Shown here: positions 18,834 through 29,995 of the stretch, piece after piece
Layout of the letters: every line of letters starts with the position of its first letter
Numbering within the stretch: position 1 is the stretch's first letter
Origin: Candidatus Saccharimonadales bacterium
GTDB taxonomy: Bacteria; Patescibacteriota; Saccharimonadia; Saccharimonadales; JACDFO01
DNA: 64,000 nucleotides
Assembly (NCBI GenBank): GCA_038255465.1
Contig: JBBSLJ010000001.1
Location: forward strand, 54,274-118,273
Direction: 5' to 3'
Notes under the pieces: model-generated
What the model was told of the DNA's origin: nothing
The model's input: the letters and a program-made list of their open reading frames with translations, nothing else
Databases searched by the model: none
Made by a program: the position numbers and the translations under genes

Positions 18834-19805
18834 ATGGAAGAAAATAAAGCAGATAACTCATTAGAAGAGAACTCTCTGGAAAGTCTAGAGGGAAGTTCTG
18901 CTGCGCCTGCTTCTGGTGGCGAAAACAATCAAGCACTAAAAGACCAGAAGAAAAAAAGAAGAGGCGGCGGGCTTCGTGGCCTTGCGGGCAGAGTAAACAT
19001 CTATCTGCTTTTATTTATCCTGATACTGGTCTTGGCTGGATTTGTGGTATTTATCGGCCTGCAACGAAGTAAAAAAGATCTGAGTACGCCGTCGGTTCCG
19101 ACCACACCCCTCACCCAGGAAACGTTAGATCAGCTGAACGGCAGCGATGCTTCTGTAGGTGACCCTAAACAAACATTGTCGGTTGAATCAAACGCAATAT
19201 TCAATGGCGCTGTACTGGTAAAAGGCAGTCTGGATGTAGCCGGATCAATCAAAGTAGGCGGTACGCTAAACTTGCCGGGCATTGCGGTATCTGGCTCAAG
19301 TACATTTGATCAGATAAATGCTAACCAGCTGGCCGTCTCAGGAGATACTGGCGTACAAGGTACACTTAATGTCCAAAAAAATCTGACAGTTGCGGGCTCT
19401 GCCCAATTTGGCGGACCGGTTTCAGTTCCACAGTTAACGGTACGTAACCTGGTGCTTGAGGGCGATCTAGCTATAAGCAGGCACATAGACGGTGGGGGCG
19501 GTACGCCTGGGCTTACAAGTGGTAACGCTCTTGGCGGCGGCGGTACAGCTTCGGTGGGTGGAACGGATACAGCCGGGACGTTAACCGTCAATACCGGCGG
19601 CAGTCCCAGCGCCGGTTGTTTTGCAACTATTAGTTTTGCGCAAAGTTTCAGACAAGTCCCTCATATTGTAATAACACCGGTTGGTTCAGCTGCTGCCGGA
19701 TTGAATTACTACATAACGCGCACTACGTCTAGTTTTCAGGTGTGTACAACCAATCCCGCACCTGCCGGCGCCAACTTCAGCTTCGACTGGGTCGCGATAG
19801 ACTAA
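18834..19805 (+). CDS. Membrane-anchored protein with extracytoplasmic Gly-rich beta-helix-like repeats
   Basis: 323 aa. Acidic N-terminus, a basic patch, one TM helix, then repeats of the form (V/L)xGxLxVxGxxxxxG (VKGSLDVAGSIKVGGTLNLPG...). Confidence 0.5.
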   Translation: MEENKADNSLEENSLESLEGSSAAPASGGENNQALKDQKKKRRGGGLRGLAGRVNIYLLLFILILVLAGFVVFIGLQRSKKDLSTPSVPTTPLTQETLDQLNGSDASVGDPKQTLSVESNAIFNGAVLVKGSLDVAGSIKVGGTLNLPGIAVSGSSTFDQINANQLAVSGDTGVQGTLNVQKNLTVAGSAQFGGPVSVPQLTVRNLVLEGDLAISRHIDGGGGTPGLTSGNALGGGGTASVGGTDTAGTLTVNTGGSPSAGCFATISFAQSFRQVPHIVITPVGSAAAGLNYYITRTTSSFQVCTTNPAPAGANFSFDWVAID

Positions 19806-19806
19806 G

Positions 19807-20553
19807 TTGATGGAAGTTATATTATTTGGTCTGGTGAATTTTTTGGCGGCCGCACTTAGTGGCGCAGCCGGAGGTGGTGGCGGTTTAATTAGTGTTCCCT
19901 TTATGGTCGTACTAGGACTTTCTCCGGCTACAGCAATTGCGACAGCTAAGTTTGGAGGCTTTGGGATTTCAGCGGGCACAAGTGCTCGATTTTTTAAAGA
20001 AAAGATAACCAATAGAAGAACCGTATTATTATTATTATTAATCTTGGGGATATTCGGGGGCCTGAGCGGAAGCATGTTACTTGTCAGGTTCAGCGGCTAC
20101 GAGCAAGAGCTTGAAAAAATTATGGGCTTTATTATTTTGTTTGCGGGCATTCCGCTTTTGTATATCAGAAAAATGGGCATCAAAGCTAGACCCAAACCAT
20201 TGTATATAAAAGTCATCGGATCGGTACTGCTGGCCATAGGAGTGCTACTCCAGGCGGCTTTTGGTGCCGGAATCGGCTCCTTGCAACTGGTGATTCTAAT
20301 GGCTTTCTTTGGAATGACAGCCCTCACTGCAAGCGCAACCAGGCGGGCTATGCAGTTGGTGGTAGCAACCGTTAGTTTAATTGTTTTTATTACTGCCGGA
20401 CTAGTGGATTATAAGTTTGGTTTAATGGGTCTGGTGACATCATTTGTAGGCGGTTTTATTGGTGCGCACATAGCTGTTAAAAAGGGCAACAAATTCATAA
20501 TCAATCTATTTGCAATTACTAGTGCGATACTTGCATTGCAACTCATTTTATAA
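19807..20553 (+). CDS. TSUP-family (TauE/SafE) anion exporter
   Basis: 248 aa and polytopic. Glycine-rich GAAGGGGGLISVPFMV motif, as in TauE/SafE. It contains an in-frame (TTA)5 repeat at 20026..20040. Confidence 0.8.
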   Translation: MMEVILFGLVNFLAAALSGAAGGGGGLISVPFMVVLGLSPATAIATAKFGGFGISAGTSARFFKEKITNRRTVLLLLLILGIFGGLSGSMLLVRFSGYEQELEKIMGFIILFAGIPLLYIRKMGIKARPKPLYIKVIGSVLLAIGVLLQAAFGAGIGSLQLVILMAFFGMTALTASATRRAMQLVVATVSLIVFITAGLVDYKFGLMGLVTSFVGGFIGAHIAVKKGNKFIINLFAITSAILALQLIL

Positions 20554-20555
20554 CT

Positions 20556-20857
20556 TTAAACATCTAGGAAGACTACTACTTCATCAGCCTTAACGTGCAT
20601 TATGCCGCGCTGAATCGGAACCTTCTCTTCTCCTTGGTCGCTCCGTACAATGACCTCACCGGTATTAATGAGCGTCATGAAATTATGGTGCCTAGGCAGG
20701 ATATCGAACGGTCCGGTATCATTAACCGCTGAAATGCTCTGCGCAGCGCCGTCAAAATACACTTTAAATGGGGCATAAACCTTAACGCGCATATTTACGC
20801 CATCGCCGGCCTTGGTAGACTTTTTGTCTGCATCAGTCTTACTGCCTTGATTTGACA

Positions 20858-20858
<1 letters not shown>
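20556..20858 (-). CDS. atpC: F1 ATP synthase epsilon subunit, beta-sandwich domain only
   Basis: 100 aa. It follows the epsilon N-domain pattern (VKVYAPFKVYFDG...GPFDILPRHHNFMTLINTGEVIV) and is the last gene of the atp operon. Confidence 0.65.
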
Positions 20859-23027
<2,169 letters not shown>

Positions 23028-23031
<4 letters not shown>

Positions 23032-24593
23032 TGTTTTGCCTCCGCTGTTTCTTTGGACTCAGCGGTCGAGCTTTCAGTATCAGAACCTTTGTCTGATTTG
23101 TCTTTATGTTTTTCATCTGTTTGTTTGACGTCAGTCGGTTCAGTTGGTGTCTCTGGCTTTGGCGCGCCTTTTAACTCAAGCACGCACTTGGTTTTTAACT
23201 GCTCTCGAACCGCGTCGTATTCTTCGTCTGCCGTAACTTTGACCGCAAAATCTTTGACGTTCAGCTTCATGGAACTGATGTCAAGCTGAGCTCCGTCCTC
23301 AAGGTTAAGCACAATATCAAGCATCAACTGCTGAGACATGAGCGAGAACGTATCGCCTGGGCTTTGCGTAAATAGCTCAAACAAGCGCTTACCGGTTTCA
23401 AGCGCACGTTTAGCTTCTAGTGCAAGTTCTGAACCGAAGTGTGAGAACTCTTCTGCCTGCCGGTAATCTGCCAGCAGTTTAAGCGTTTGGGCCGCTAAAG
23501 ACTTTTGGCGTTTATTATGGCCAACACCACCGGCACGAGTCACCGACAGGCCAATATTAACTGCCGGACGGACACCATTACGAAAGATGGCCATATCCAG
23601 AATCCACTGACCGTCTGTAATAGACATGACGTTTGTTGGCAAATAAGCGGTAATGTCACCGCCCGCGGCATTAATAATTGGTATGCTGGTTAGATGCTTC
23701 TGATTCCGATCAAGCCGGCCGGCTCGCTCAAGCAATGATGAGTGGGCATAGAACATATCACCTGGGTACGAGTCACGACCAGGGCTTATTCCAGACATAA
23801 GAGCTACCTCTCGGTAGGCATGGGCATGGGCGCTCAAATCATCATAAATAATAATCGTATCCTGGTCACATTGCTGCCACAAATACTCTGCCATGGCACA
23901 GCCAATATACGGTGCCAGATAGCTTGTCATTAATGATTCAAACATGGTACTAACAACTACAATTGCTTTTTCAAGGCCACCGTTTTCTTCAAGCCCTGAA
24001 AGTAGCATGTCAACGTCAGTCCGACGTTTTGCAATCAGCACGTAGACCACAATCTGGTCAGTGTTCTTTTGGTTTATAGTCAACTGGGTAGCTAATGTGC
24101 TTTTGCCTGACTTGCTGTCACCAAGTAGCGCCATACGTTGACCGCGCACAATCGGGAAAAGCGCGTCAATGGTGGTTACACCGCTTTCCAGCTGGTCACT
24201 CAAGAGCTTGCGCTCATACAATGGCGGGGCTTGGTTAAATACCGGCCAGACTGAATCTGGCGTAATTGGCCCTTTACCGTCCAGCGGCTCACCCATAATT
24301 GAAATTACGCGTCCAATATAATTCTTGCCTACTTTACAAACAAGCTCCTGGTGCTGAACAACTGCAATCTGGCCTATCTGTAATATGGTGCTTCCAAGAT
24401 GTAATACAACCACATGATTAGGCATTACCTGGCTGACGAAGCCCTTGCTACCATCATCAAACATAATGAGCGCATTGACCGTACACGGTTGAAGCCCGTG
24501 TACCTGCACCAAAAACTTGTCTACGGCAATAACTTCGCCGACTGGCTTGCCGGCTGCAACTAGCCCTAGGAACTGTTTGTTGTCAGAATTCAC
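23028..24593 (-). CDS. atpA: F1 ATP synthase alpha subunit, with a charged C-terminal extension
   Basis: 521 aa. P-loop [11 protein letters not shown], alpha-type fold, and a Lys/Glu-rich tail. Confidence 0.9.
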
Positions 24594-25126
24594 TCGATGT
24601 CCTCTTGCGCAACCACGGGGCTTGGGTTTTTGGCACTGCGGATATTATCAATCAGAATCTGATGCTTGGCTTTGAGCGTAGTACGAAGACTGAAGTCATA
24701 GTATTTGTTTGTGGTACGCATCATAAAACCCGCGCCAATTGTAGGCTGCAAGCCGACCTGCAGCAAAATATGCGGATGAATGTTCTGACGCAAATACTCG
24801 GTCAACTTATGAATAAATGTCGTGCTGGGCTCAGTGCTAAAGCTCATATGAATTTCTGGTGCTTTTTCTAGAACTGCAGTCAGGAACTGAATGAGTGCCT
24901 TGCGCTCATTTTCTGTTAATAAGTTGACACTATTGGCAGTGACGAGCTCATCAATAATACGGGTTGTTTTTGGCAGCTTCAGCGCGGTTCCGGGTTGTCG
25001 AATAGCTGCTTGCTCTAAAAAATCATCAATAGCTGAAACCTCTTTAAGCAAACGGCCCACATCAACTTTGGTCACAATTGATATCGGCAATAAAGGCTGT
25101 TCTGACTTGCCGGCATCATGTTCCAT
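24590..25126 (-). CDS. atpH: ATP synthase delta (OSCP) subunit
   Basis: 178 aa between atpF and atpA; size and position fit, but sequence identity is weak by eye. Confidence 0.55.
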   Translation of the reverse strand: MEHDAGKSEQPLLPISIVTKVDVGRLLKEVSAIDDFLEQAAIRQPGTALKLPKTTRIIDELVTANSVNLLTENERKALIQFLTAVLEKAPEIHMSFSTEPSTTFIHKLTEYLRQNIHPHILLQVGLQPTIGAGFMMRTTNKYYDFSLRTTLKAKHQILIDNIRSAKNPSPVVAQEDIE

Positions 25127-25751
25127 CAGTTAAATCCCGGATTATGGCTGCTTTATTAGACTCAAGATTCCCAATAATAAAGCTCAACTGGTCATTCAGG
25201 TCTATTTGGTCACCAATTGCAGCCAACAGGTAATGGTTAACAATCTGCCCGAGATTCTCTTCAAAACGAGCGATAATGAGCGCCTTTTCTTTGTCTACCT
25301 CTGCCTGTAGCTGATCGCCCATAGCCTGCCGTTGTTGTTCGACAGCTTCTTGAGTTTTGGCAATTGCGTCAACGGCAAGTTGTTTTGCATCGCTAATGGA
25401 TTCTTCATACTTAGTAAATGCCTCTTTCAAGCTCAGTGTGATCTCTTGCTTCATGTATTCATTGAGTTCAGACGTGGTAAGCCTAAGATCTTGCTGCAGG
25501 AACATGGCATTATCACCTATAATCTTTTCAAAATGCAGACGACCGCGGTTACGTAGCTCTTCACGGAACTCTTCATTAAACACGTGTTCAACGTCTGCTT
25601 CAGCAGCCGCCACGGCATCACCCATCAAGTCAGGCTTGCCTTTACCGGGGCCATTGACCTTAAAGGCCACCCACACAAATGCAGCGGTACACGCCATGAT
25701 GCTGGCAATTATCAGAATAAGTCCGGTGATTGTCACTGTTTCTGGTCCCAC
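25116..25751 (-). CDS. atpF: ATP synthase Fo b subunit
   Basis: 211 aa with one N-terminal TM helix followed by a long charged coiled-coil. It lies upstream of atpH. Confidence 0.65.
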   Translation of the reverse strand: MGPETVTITGLILIIASIMACTAAFVWVAFKVNGPGKGKPDLMGDAVAAAEADVEHVFNEEFREELRNRGRLHFEKIIGDNAMFLQQDLRLTTSELNEYMKQEITLSLKEAFTKYEESISDAKQLAVDAIAKTQEAVEQQRQAMGDQLQAEVDKEKALIIARFEENLGQIVNHYLLAAIGDQIDLNDQLSFIIGNLESNKAAIIRDLTDGT

Positions 25752-25767
25752 CTATTTAGTTTAAGCA

Positions 25768-26628
25768 TTACAACTTTAGTAGTAAATATACTCCAAAAAG
25801 CCCCAAAATGAAAACTATCAGCCCGAATAAGACCACTTGAAGCATGCCTCTCATGATTGGCTTTTTAGAAAGCGGGTTACGGCCAATAGAAATAATGCCG
25901 CTCTTAACACCGCCATACATCAATGTTCCGGCTACTATGGTGCTAATTACAAATATTGCCAGACCTAAATAAACCCGTGTTGTACTAACTTCTTTGCCGG
26001 CCACAGACTCAGCCAGTTTTTTGATTTGATCAGGCAGACCAGGATCAGGGGGTCCGTAGCTTGGATTACGCGAAACACTTATATCAGCCGACACACGGCC
26101 AATATTTACGCTACGGGATGCACCGGTACTGTCTTTGACTTCGGCCTTGCCGGCCACGTTGTCTTTGCCGTTAAAATCACTTAATGCACGTCCGACGACA
26201 TGTGACTCAGTCCGGCTGGCTCGCATACCAATACCGCTCAGTGATGATATGGCAATATAGTCACCGGCTTTTATCTCTCCTTCCTGGTCACTAACAAGCA
26301 CATCGTACTTGCCGCCTGTAGCAACAAATGCTTTTTGCCCTTCTGCGGACAGTGTTACAGGTGCATCGTTCGCATCTACCACAACACCGTGCATGCTATC
26401 CATTTCTTCATACGATAGTGATACGACCTTGGTGGTATCATCTTTTTTCAATCGCACGATCATGCCGCGTTGCAGTACTTCATCAGCGCCATAGCCCTGC
26501 GTAAATGCCGTTTGGGCACCGAGCGGGCTACCTGAACTCAAGCCAATCAGTAAAAGCAACGCCGACAGCGCCATTAGCCGCGGAAAAGAGAGTAGTTTCT
26601 TGATCTTTGTTTTACTGCTTACGTACAT
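25768..26628 (-). CDS. Hypothetical membrane protein: signal-anchor, extracytoplasmic domain, C-terminal two-helix hairpin resembling an ATP synthase c subunit but without the carboxylate
   Basis: 286 aa. The last ~70 aa (GTLMYGGVKSGIISIGRNPLSKKPIMRGMLQVVLFGLIVFILGLFGVY) aligns by eye with the c-subunit GxGxGxG helix, the R(Q/N)P loop and helix 2, but helix 2 has no Asp/Glu. It occupies the slot where atpE would be. Confidence 0.5.
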   Translation of the reverse strand: MYVSSKTKIKKLLSFPRLMALSALLLLIGLSSGSPLGAQTAFTQGYGADEVLQRGMIVRLKKDDTTKVVSLSYEEMDSMHGVVVDANDAPVTLSAEGQKAFVATGGKYDVLVSDQEGEIKAGDYIAISSLSGIGMRASRTESHVVGRALSDFNGKDNVAGKAEVKDSTGASRSVNIGRVSADISVSRNPSYGPPDPGLPDQIKKLAESVAGKEVSTTRVYLGLAIFVISTIVAGTLMYGGVKSGIISIGRNPLSKKPIMRGMLQVVLFGLIVFILGLFGVYLLLKL

Positions 26629-26669
26629 TTTTGTACCTTCTGGACGTAAGTATAGCGTAAGCAGTACGA

Positions 26670-27803
26670 CTAGACAATCATTTTTGCCAACATATCGACA
26701 GTTGTCGTCACATCCTTTTCGGTCGTTGATCGGCCCATCGTAAACCGCAGTGAACTTTGGGCCTGCTCGTCGCTTAAACCAATTGCTTTTAATACATGTG
26801 ACGGTTCGTCACTACTAGCGCTGCAGGCCGAGCCTGATGCACAAATGATGCCCACTTCATCAAGCTGCATCATCAGCCGCTCATTATCCCATCCCGGAAT
26901 CCTGATATGGATAGTGCCCGGGATGACCTGTCTAGAAGCTGTAGTCAGTTCTGCAACCGGCACATTTTGTCGTAGTTGATCAATAAACAAATTTCGTAAA
27001 CTGCTAAGTCGTTTGCTCTCCTCGTGACGGATGGCTTGAGCTGAGCTCAGCGCTTCGGCAAAGCCGACAATACTGGCTGGGTTCTCGGTACCACTTCGTA
27101 CATTACGCTCTTGCCCACCCCCTAAAATTTGAGGAATGAGGCTTATGCCGGCTTTTACGTATAAAGCGCCCGACTGTTTCGGACCATATAGTTTACCAGC
27201 GTTCAATGTCATCATATCAACCCCCAGTTTATCGGCTAAAAGGTGCAGATAGTTGCCGGCTTGACAGGCATCTGTGTGGAAATAAAGCGGCAACTCATTG
27301 CCCGTTTTTTGACGCTCACGCCTGACTTCTCGTATTAACTTGGAAATTTCAGCCAACGGCTGGATCGTGCCGAGTTCGTTATTGACATACATAACGCTTA
27401 CCAGCACTGTCTGACTATCTAATGATTTCTTAACGGTTTCTACGTCCACTGTACCCGCAGGTAAAGCTGGTAATTCGTGATAATCATAGCGACGGGCGGG
27501 TTCAAGCACAGAATCGTGTTCAATCGAGCCGATGAGAACTCGAGAGTCGGGATAGTTTTGCATAATGCCGTTAATGGCTAGATTATTGGCTTCAGTACCC
27601 CCGGCTGTAAACACAACCTCACCTGGCCGAACGCCAAGAACTTGAGCTGTCGTAACTCGTGCCGCTTCTATATCTTTTTTAACTTCTTTAGCAGCTAAAT
27701 AGCCGGCCGAGGCGTTAAAATATCGGTCCGTTACATATGGCAGCATAGCCGCATATACCTCAGGCGCCAGTGGCGTTGCTGCGGCATGATCAAGATAAAT
27801 CAT
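26670..27803 (-). CDS. Cysteine desulfurase (class V aminotransferase, IscS/NifS-like)
   Basis: 377 aa. N-terminal YLDHAAATP, a PLP-lysine region and a C-terminal active-site Cys loop (ASGSACSASS). Confidence 0.85.
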   Translation of the reverse strand: MIYLDHAAATPLAPEVYAAMLPYVTDRYFNASAGYLAAKEVKKDIEAARVTTAQVLGVRPGEVVFTAGGTEANNLAINGIMQNYPDSRVLIGSIEHDSVLEPARRYDYHELPALPAGTVDVETVKKSLDSQTVLVSVMYVNNELGTIQPLAEISKLIREVRRERQKTGNELPLYFHTDACQAGNYLHLLADKLGVDMMTLNAGKLYGPKQSGALYVKAGISLIPQILGGGQERNVRSGTENPASIVGFAEALSSAQAIRHEESKRLSSLRNLFIDQLRQNVPVAELTTASRQVIPGTIHIRIPGWDNERLMMQLDEVGIICASGSACSASSDEPSHVLKAIGLSDEQAQSSLRFTMGRSTTEKDVTTTVDMLAKMIV

Positions 27804-27806
27804 ATT

Positions 27807-28172
27807 CTACGCGAAAGAATAAAGTTCGGTTTCTACCCGTTGTTGGTACAGCTTAGCGGCTTCGTAGAGTTTCGTGGCTTCTTCCGGCTTTACTGCCTGA
27901 TACTGCCCATCCTGCGCTTTTAAAATACCATTCGGTCGCACGTCATAGCGAGTAGTTCGAATCTGTTGCTGACCGTTTTTATCAGTCCACTCTTCGTGCC
28001 ATACCCAGGTATGCTCATCAAGACAAAAGAATTCCCTATGAACGCCAGACTGGACAGGGCCAAATAGCTGTCCACCAATTTTTGCTTCATGGCGAATCAA
28101 ATTACGATATAAATCTGCACGGCGGTCTTCGTCGCGCTGACTAGTAATATTTTTAAGCAGTTTTTTAAACAT
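27807..28172 (-). CDS. Hypothetical protein
   Basis: 121-aa ORF tightly packed between iscS-like and the next ORF; no motif recognised. Confidence 0.4.
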   Translation of the reverse strand: MFKKLLKNITSQRDEDRRADLYRNLIRHEAKIGGQLFGPVQSGVHREFFCLDEHTWVWHEEWTDKNGQQQIRTTRYDVRPNGILKAQDGQYQAVKPEEATKLYEAAKLYQQRVETELYSFA

Positions 28173-28542
28173 TGCTTAAATACTCCTCTAATAATGGACT
28201 ATTGCCCAGGCCTTGTTGTGCCGCCTCAACCGCTTGGCGCGCCCGATACTCACCTAGATCAGTTATTGTGGCTAGGTTTTCTTTACTCATATGCAGCTGG
28301 CCTGCTGCTGGCTGCAAGTTTGCTGTTACCTGTTCGTCAAACGCCTCAGCAGGGCTGCGCTGGCGATATTGATCCATACTAACAACGTTTGTTGCCGGTG
28401 CGGCCTCAATTGCTACATGCGGACGGATGTTTGCAACGCCATGAGCAATAATAGCCTTTCTGCCTATGGCTAAAACCTCGGGGCTCCCCGGGCGTAAGAA
28501 TTCTATACCAGATGGTGGTGGTGTGTTTTTAGGATGACTCAT
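28165..28542 (-). CDS. Hypothetical protein
   Basis: 125-aa ORF overlapping its neighbours by a few nt (operon-like packing); no motif recognised. Confidence 0.4.
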   Translation of the reverse strand: MSHPKNTPPPSGIEFLRPGSPEVLAIGRKAIIAHGVANIRPHVAIEAAPATNVVSMDQYRQRSPAEAFDEQVTANLQPAAGQLHMSKENLATITDLGEYRARQAVEAAQQGLGNSPLLEEYLSNV

Positions 28543-29309
28543 AGTTTAAATAACCGTTTTGCATTTGCTGTCGTTGCAGCTCCTAGCACTTCAAGGTCTT
28601 CACCTCTCAGTTTACTCAAGAACTCCGCAATGACACGCACATGCTTTGGCTGACAGATTGTACCACGAAAAGGCACAGGGGTCAAGTACGGCGCGTCCGT
28701 TTCTAGTAATAACCTGTCGAGTGGGATTGCTTTAGCAGCCTCTAGCTGAGCACTATTTTTTGTAAACGTCATGATTCCGTTCAGGCCTATATAGAGGCCT
28801 CTTGAGATGCTTTCCTCTACTTCCTTTAAAGTAGCAGTAAAGCTGTGTATAACGCCTGTTAACCCTTGATATTCATCAAAAATAGGCCAGAAGTCATCAA
28901 AAGCATCGCGGACATGAAAAATTAGCGGTAAATTGTGTTCTACGGCAAGATCCAACTGGAACCTTAAGAGTTTTTGTTGATCACTTTTTGACGAGTTTTC
29001 ATAGTAATAATCCAGGCCTGTTTCACCTATTGCTATTACTTTAGGGTTCGAGGCTAAACCGCGAAATTTTTGCAAACTCTCGTGATCATCTACATATATG
29101 CTGCCTTCGTGGGGATGCAAGCCAATACTGGCCCATACATTGTCATGCGATTTGGCATAGGTTACTGCCTCTTGGCTGTCAGGCAATGTACATCCAACAC
29201 AAATAAGTCTGGTTACACCGTCTTGGGTCGCAGCATCTCTAACCTCGTCAGGGTCGAGTGAATAATCGGGAAAGTGGATATGGCAATGCGTGTCTACTAG
29301 TTCTATCAC
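28539..29309 (-). CDS. TatD-family metal-dependent hydrolase (DNase)
   Basis: 256 aa. N-terminal DTHCHIHF and the conserved TatD His/Glu/Asp positions. Confidence 0.85.
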   Translation of the reverse strand: MIELVDTHCHIHFPDYSLDPDEVRDAATQDGVTRLICVGCTLPDSQEAVTYAKSHDNVWASIGLHPHEGSIYVDDHESLQKFRGLASNPKVIAIGETGLDYYYENSSKSDQQKLLRFQLDLAVEHNLPLIFHVRDAFDDFWPIFDEYQGLTGVIHSFTATLKEVEESISRGLYIGLNGIMTFTKNSAQLEAAKAIPLDRLLLETDAPYLTPVPFRGTICQPKHVRVIAEFLSKLRGEDLEVLGAATTANAKRLFKL

Positions 29310-29897
29310 TTAGTTTATTGTAACCTGCTCATACAACCCGTGATCAACAATAAACTGCCCGATTTGCGGACTTACCAGACCATCAATAGGCTGAGCAGTT
29401 CTAAACAGTTCACGAACTGCTGTTGACGACACGTTAACCTCTGCATTTTTGACCTGAAGATGCCTAATTGTTGCGCTCTTCGGAGGCATATGATAACCAG
29501 CACGTGCTACCAGCAACATTCCTAAGGATTTTTTTAACTCCTGACCGCACTCCCATGTATGCATCATTTCATAACTGTCGGCACCGTACACAAACCAAAA
29601 GCGGTTGTCTGGATACGCTTCTTCCAGTGCCCTTACGGTTGTACATGATTTAGTCGGCCTAGGCAATGTAAGCTCAAAATCAGAAACTTTTAGCGTAGGA
29701 AGCCAATATTTTTGTCTGATCAGGTCAAGCATTTCGATTCTGATTTCATCTGATCGCATGCCGGGTTTATCGGTACGTACACCGGATGGCATTAGCCAAA
29801 TTTCGTCAATATCATTTTGCTCAAGGCACGCGTCAATAATTGCCTCGTGTGCAACTGTTGGTGGATCAAACGTTCCTCCAAATATAGCTATTTCCAT
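29310..29897 (-). CDS. nadD: Nicotinate-nucleotide adenylyltransferase
   Basis: 195 aa with GGTFDPPTVAHEAI (the (H/T)xGH motif) and a C-terminal SSTAVR motif. Confidence 0.85.
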   Translation of the reverse strand: MEIAIFGGTFDPPTVAHEAIIDACLEQNDIDEIWLMPSGVRTDKPGMRSDEIRIEMLDLIRQKYWLPTLKVSDFELTLPRPTKSCTTVRALEEAYPDNRFWFVYGADSYEMMHTWECGQELKKSLGMLLVARAGYHMPPKSATIRHLQVKNAEVNVSSTAVRELFRTAQPIDGLVSPQIGQFIVDHGLYEQVTIN

Positions 29898-29911
29898 ATT
29901 TGCTCCAGTTA

Positions 29912-29932
29912 TTAGTGTATTATTGACACTTA
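29912..29932. promoter_or_regulatory. Candidate NrtR operator: 21-bp near-palindrome TTAGTGT-attattg-ACACTtA in the nadD/nadE divergent intergenic region
   Basis: Inverted 7-bp arms with one mismatch. The same TTAGTGT-N7-ACACTAA arrangement recurs at 45749..45769 in another NAD-metabolism promoter. nrtR is encoded directly downstream of nadE. Confidence 0.45.
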
Positions 29933-29995
29933 CTAGTGAGTAGCGTACTATGGTGTTATGTAATTGTCAATTAAACACTAAGTTAAGGAACACAC

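Noticed and set aside
25768-26628. Calling the 286-aa protein a genuine AtpE (c subunit) or a fused a/c subunit
   Set aside because: Helix 2 lacks the essential Asp/Glu, the protein has a large extracytoplasmic N-domain, and there is no a-subunit-like polytopic region with the conserved Arg. The resemblance is reported as a finding, not as an annotation.
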